A stretch of 64,000 nt of DNA, taken from the NCBI GenBank assembly GCA_013265495.1, contig MU058781.1, positions 4,775,050-4,839,049 of the forward strand, given 5' to 3'. The translations under genes were made by a program, and so were the position numbers. The stretch is from Vicugna vicugna. Taxonomy: Eukaryota. The notes under the pieces are model-generated. The model saw only the letters and a list, made by a program, of their open reading frames with translations, was not told where the DNA came from and did not search any database. Below, in pieces: positions 61,718 through 64,000 of this stretch (its first letter is position 1; each line of letters opens with the position of its first letter).

Positions 61718-64000
61718 GTAAGTGCTCCTAACAACACATCCTTTGACTTGTAGTTTTAAGCAATGGCTTTGAATGTCAAGTTTATAGATAATTCTGCAGC
61801 TGAAGGGTTTTAAACACAGCGTCCGATAAGGCTGTTTCTTTCTTTTCAGAAAGAAGGCTTTTCAGGCAAAGTCGTGTCTGCCTAGTTGGGATGAAAAAAC
61901 AGATTGGTGTAGCGATACCTCCGGTGAATAAATTGACCTCGAATGACACAACCATAATCTAGTTTTAGATGAAAGGCAAGGGATTTTGGTGGAGCATAGG
62001 GGGGTAGGGGCTGCGGTAATGTAACTAAACTGCATTCTCGGGCGGATTTGGCCTCATATTGCACTTTGCATGCAAATGAGCCTGTGTTATTATTATTATT
62101 AATGTTATTTGGGAAATCGTGTAACGCGTGTGTGTTGGAAGACCTTTAAGTTGCAATCGAGGGTCCGATTATGGCGATCTTGTTCCTTGCACTGGCACAT
62201 CAGATTTAATGTATGTGGTCGTTTTGGCTTATTTGGTTCGCAACATAAACCAGTTGGGAATCGTGTTACAGCGAATGCATTTGTTGGGATTGACTTTAAT
62301 AATGGGACTGGTTTTGTTTAAAAATCCATGGTTTCCAGTTTTAGGGAGAAAAAGACATACAATATAGCTAATGTTTTTAAGTAGGCATGTGAATGCATAT
62401 GTAAGTGACTACAAATAATTTCTCCCAGTTAACTGGGCTTCTGAAATTGGGTGATTATTCAGAGATCTAAATGGTTTGGAATAGTTAAATTTTGTTTTGT
62501 GCATAGTACAGCTACGTTTTGATTGGCATGGGGAGTGTTTTTGTTTTGTGTGTGGTGGCTTTTTTTTTAAGTTTGGGGGGAGGGAGGGGAGTGGGGACCG
62601 AGGATTAACCAAATATGCACTCGAGTGGTCGGTGATTAGCTGCATGCTTTAAATCAAAGAACTCATTTTAAAAAAGGCCAAATGAACATAGATTAGGAAT
62701 AATGCAACGTTATGAGAAAGTTTCATTTGACTCGAGACGACAAATTGGTGTTAATATTTTCCTTTTTGGAGCAATACGATGTGTGTAATGACCTTCGGGG
62801 CACAGGTTTTGTAAAAAATACATTTAATGGAAAACCTGAATGCCTCTTTTAAAGGGCTGATTCTAATGTAGACACGTAAACTTCAACTATGAAAGAAATG
62901 CAAGGTTAAATAATCAAGCTCAACTTAAAAAGCTGTTCCCTAAAGAATTTAAGAATTAAAATACATCCGCATTGCAGAGGGCTGGGGAGAATGCAAAGGA
63001 CTACTTTAAACTCGGGCTGTGGAAACTGCTCGGAGACAACCTTGCTTGGGAGCGTGGACGCCTTCCCGGGGCACCTCCGATCCGGGTGCAGCCACAAAGC
63101 AAATGGGGTAGAACTTGGACCAGAGCCACCCCCGCCCCCGTCCCTGACCCCATCCCAGTCCTCGCTAAGTTGGAGAGCAGCATGAGGTGGGATTTTTTTT
63201 GTTGCTGGTGGTCAGCGGATTGTGTCGAGTTGCTGGCGGCGGCCGCGGGAGGCAGAGCAGGAGTTAACGCTCGGGGAGCCGAGCCCGTGTTCCGGACGTG
63301 CTCGAACCGGCGGCAGAGGGGAGGGCGCGCGGGGGTCGCGCCGGCTAGGCCGGGCCGGGCGGCCGCGTGCGGCCTGTAGGGGGCGGGCTGTGGGCTCCGG
63401 GCTGCAGGCTCCGGGCCGGGCTCGGGGCCGGCGGGAAGGGCCTGCAGGCGGGTAGGTGGGTGGGGACCTGCCCGCTGGCTCCAGTGCGGGCCCGAGAGCA
63501 ACAGGTTAAGTCGGCGAGACGTCAGCGCGCCCCCTCCCCGCCCCCTCGGTTCCTCCCCCGCCTCGCGCGGGCCTCCCCTCCCTCCCTCCGCCCCCCGCGG
63601 CTCCGGGTTCCCGGCCGCTCCGGCCGCGTTCTGTTGTCATTGTGACGTCACAAAGGGACGGGCCCGGGTGGAACCTTCTCCTCCTCCTCCGTGACGTCAA
63701 AAGTCGGGCGGGAGGTTCCAGCGCGGCGGGCCTGCGGGGGCGGAGGGAGCGGCGGGGAGGCGGGGGCTGCCGCGTGGGAGGATGAGGAAGAGGAGGAGGA
63801 GGATGCGACCGGCGTCGGCCTTCCGCCTTGACACGCCGCGCTTCCCCTCAGGTGAGCGCTGGGAGCCTCTGGTACCCCAGGGAGTGGCCCTGACCCAGCT
63901 CCGATTCCATTTAGAGGGCGGGGAGCAGTGCGGAGACGCCTCCTGTCTGCGGCAACGTTTTCGCTTCCTCTGTTTCCAGGTCTGCTGATGGTGTGGCATT
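61718..64000 (+). other. JARID2: JARID2 intron 1 (5' part; continues beyond the window)
   Basis: Starts at GTAAGT after codon 15. No sequence encoding the expected continuation (DDSDGIPW...) was seen in the window. Confidence 0.9.
63040..64000. promoter_or_regulatory. Intronic CpG island; candidate alternative JARID2 promoter with two full CREs
   Basis: Very high CpG/GC content. TGACGTCA at 63643-63650 (inside the 14-bp palindrome TTGTGACGTCACAA) and at 63692-63699, AGACGTCA at 63517-63524, GC boxes, and donor CAG|GTGAGC at 63851/63852. Confidence 0.8.

Noticed and set aside
62972..63999. Overlapping ORFs in the intronic CpG island
   Set aside because: Same GC-composition artefact; only the splice-donor-bounded segment is kept as a candidate exon.
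1..64000. CRISPR arrays, operons or other prokaryote-type systems
   Set aside because: The sequence is mammalian, and no regularly spaced repeat-spacer structure or compact gene cluster was seen.

Overview
Mammalian genomic DNA, very likely from a camelid, judged by six tRNA-Ala(AGC)-derived SINEs resembling the Vic-1 family and artiodactyl-type L1 3' ends. About 59 kb (1-59,800) is non-coding upstream DNA, dense in fossil transposons (SINEs, MIR, L1, L2, MaLR/ERV solo LTRs, hAT and Tigger MITEs), with a few apparently repeat-free blocks that may be enhancers. The last ~4 kb holds the 5' end of JARID2 (Jumonji, PRC2.2 cofactor) on the + strand: a CpG-island promoter with clustered ZNF143/THAP11-type and YY1 motifs, a 5' leader with four upstream ATGs, coding exon 1 (61673-61717, MSKERPKRNIIQKKY, missed by the ORF track), intron 1, and a second CpG island with two perfect CREs and a candidate alternative first exon. 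The other ORF-track entries look spurious, apart from an L1 ORF2 C-terminal remnant. The most unusual items are (i) a retroposed 28-nt 3' fragment of mature tRNA-Asn with CCA, poly(A) tail and target-site duplication (TSD), and (ii) the translational and alternative-promoter architecture of the JARID2 5' end. I found no evidence for a wholly new multi-gene system. Repeat subfamily names come from recall of consensus sequences, not a RepeatMasker run, and boundaries of old repeats are approximate.
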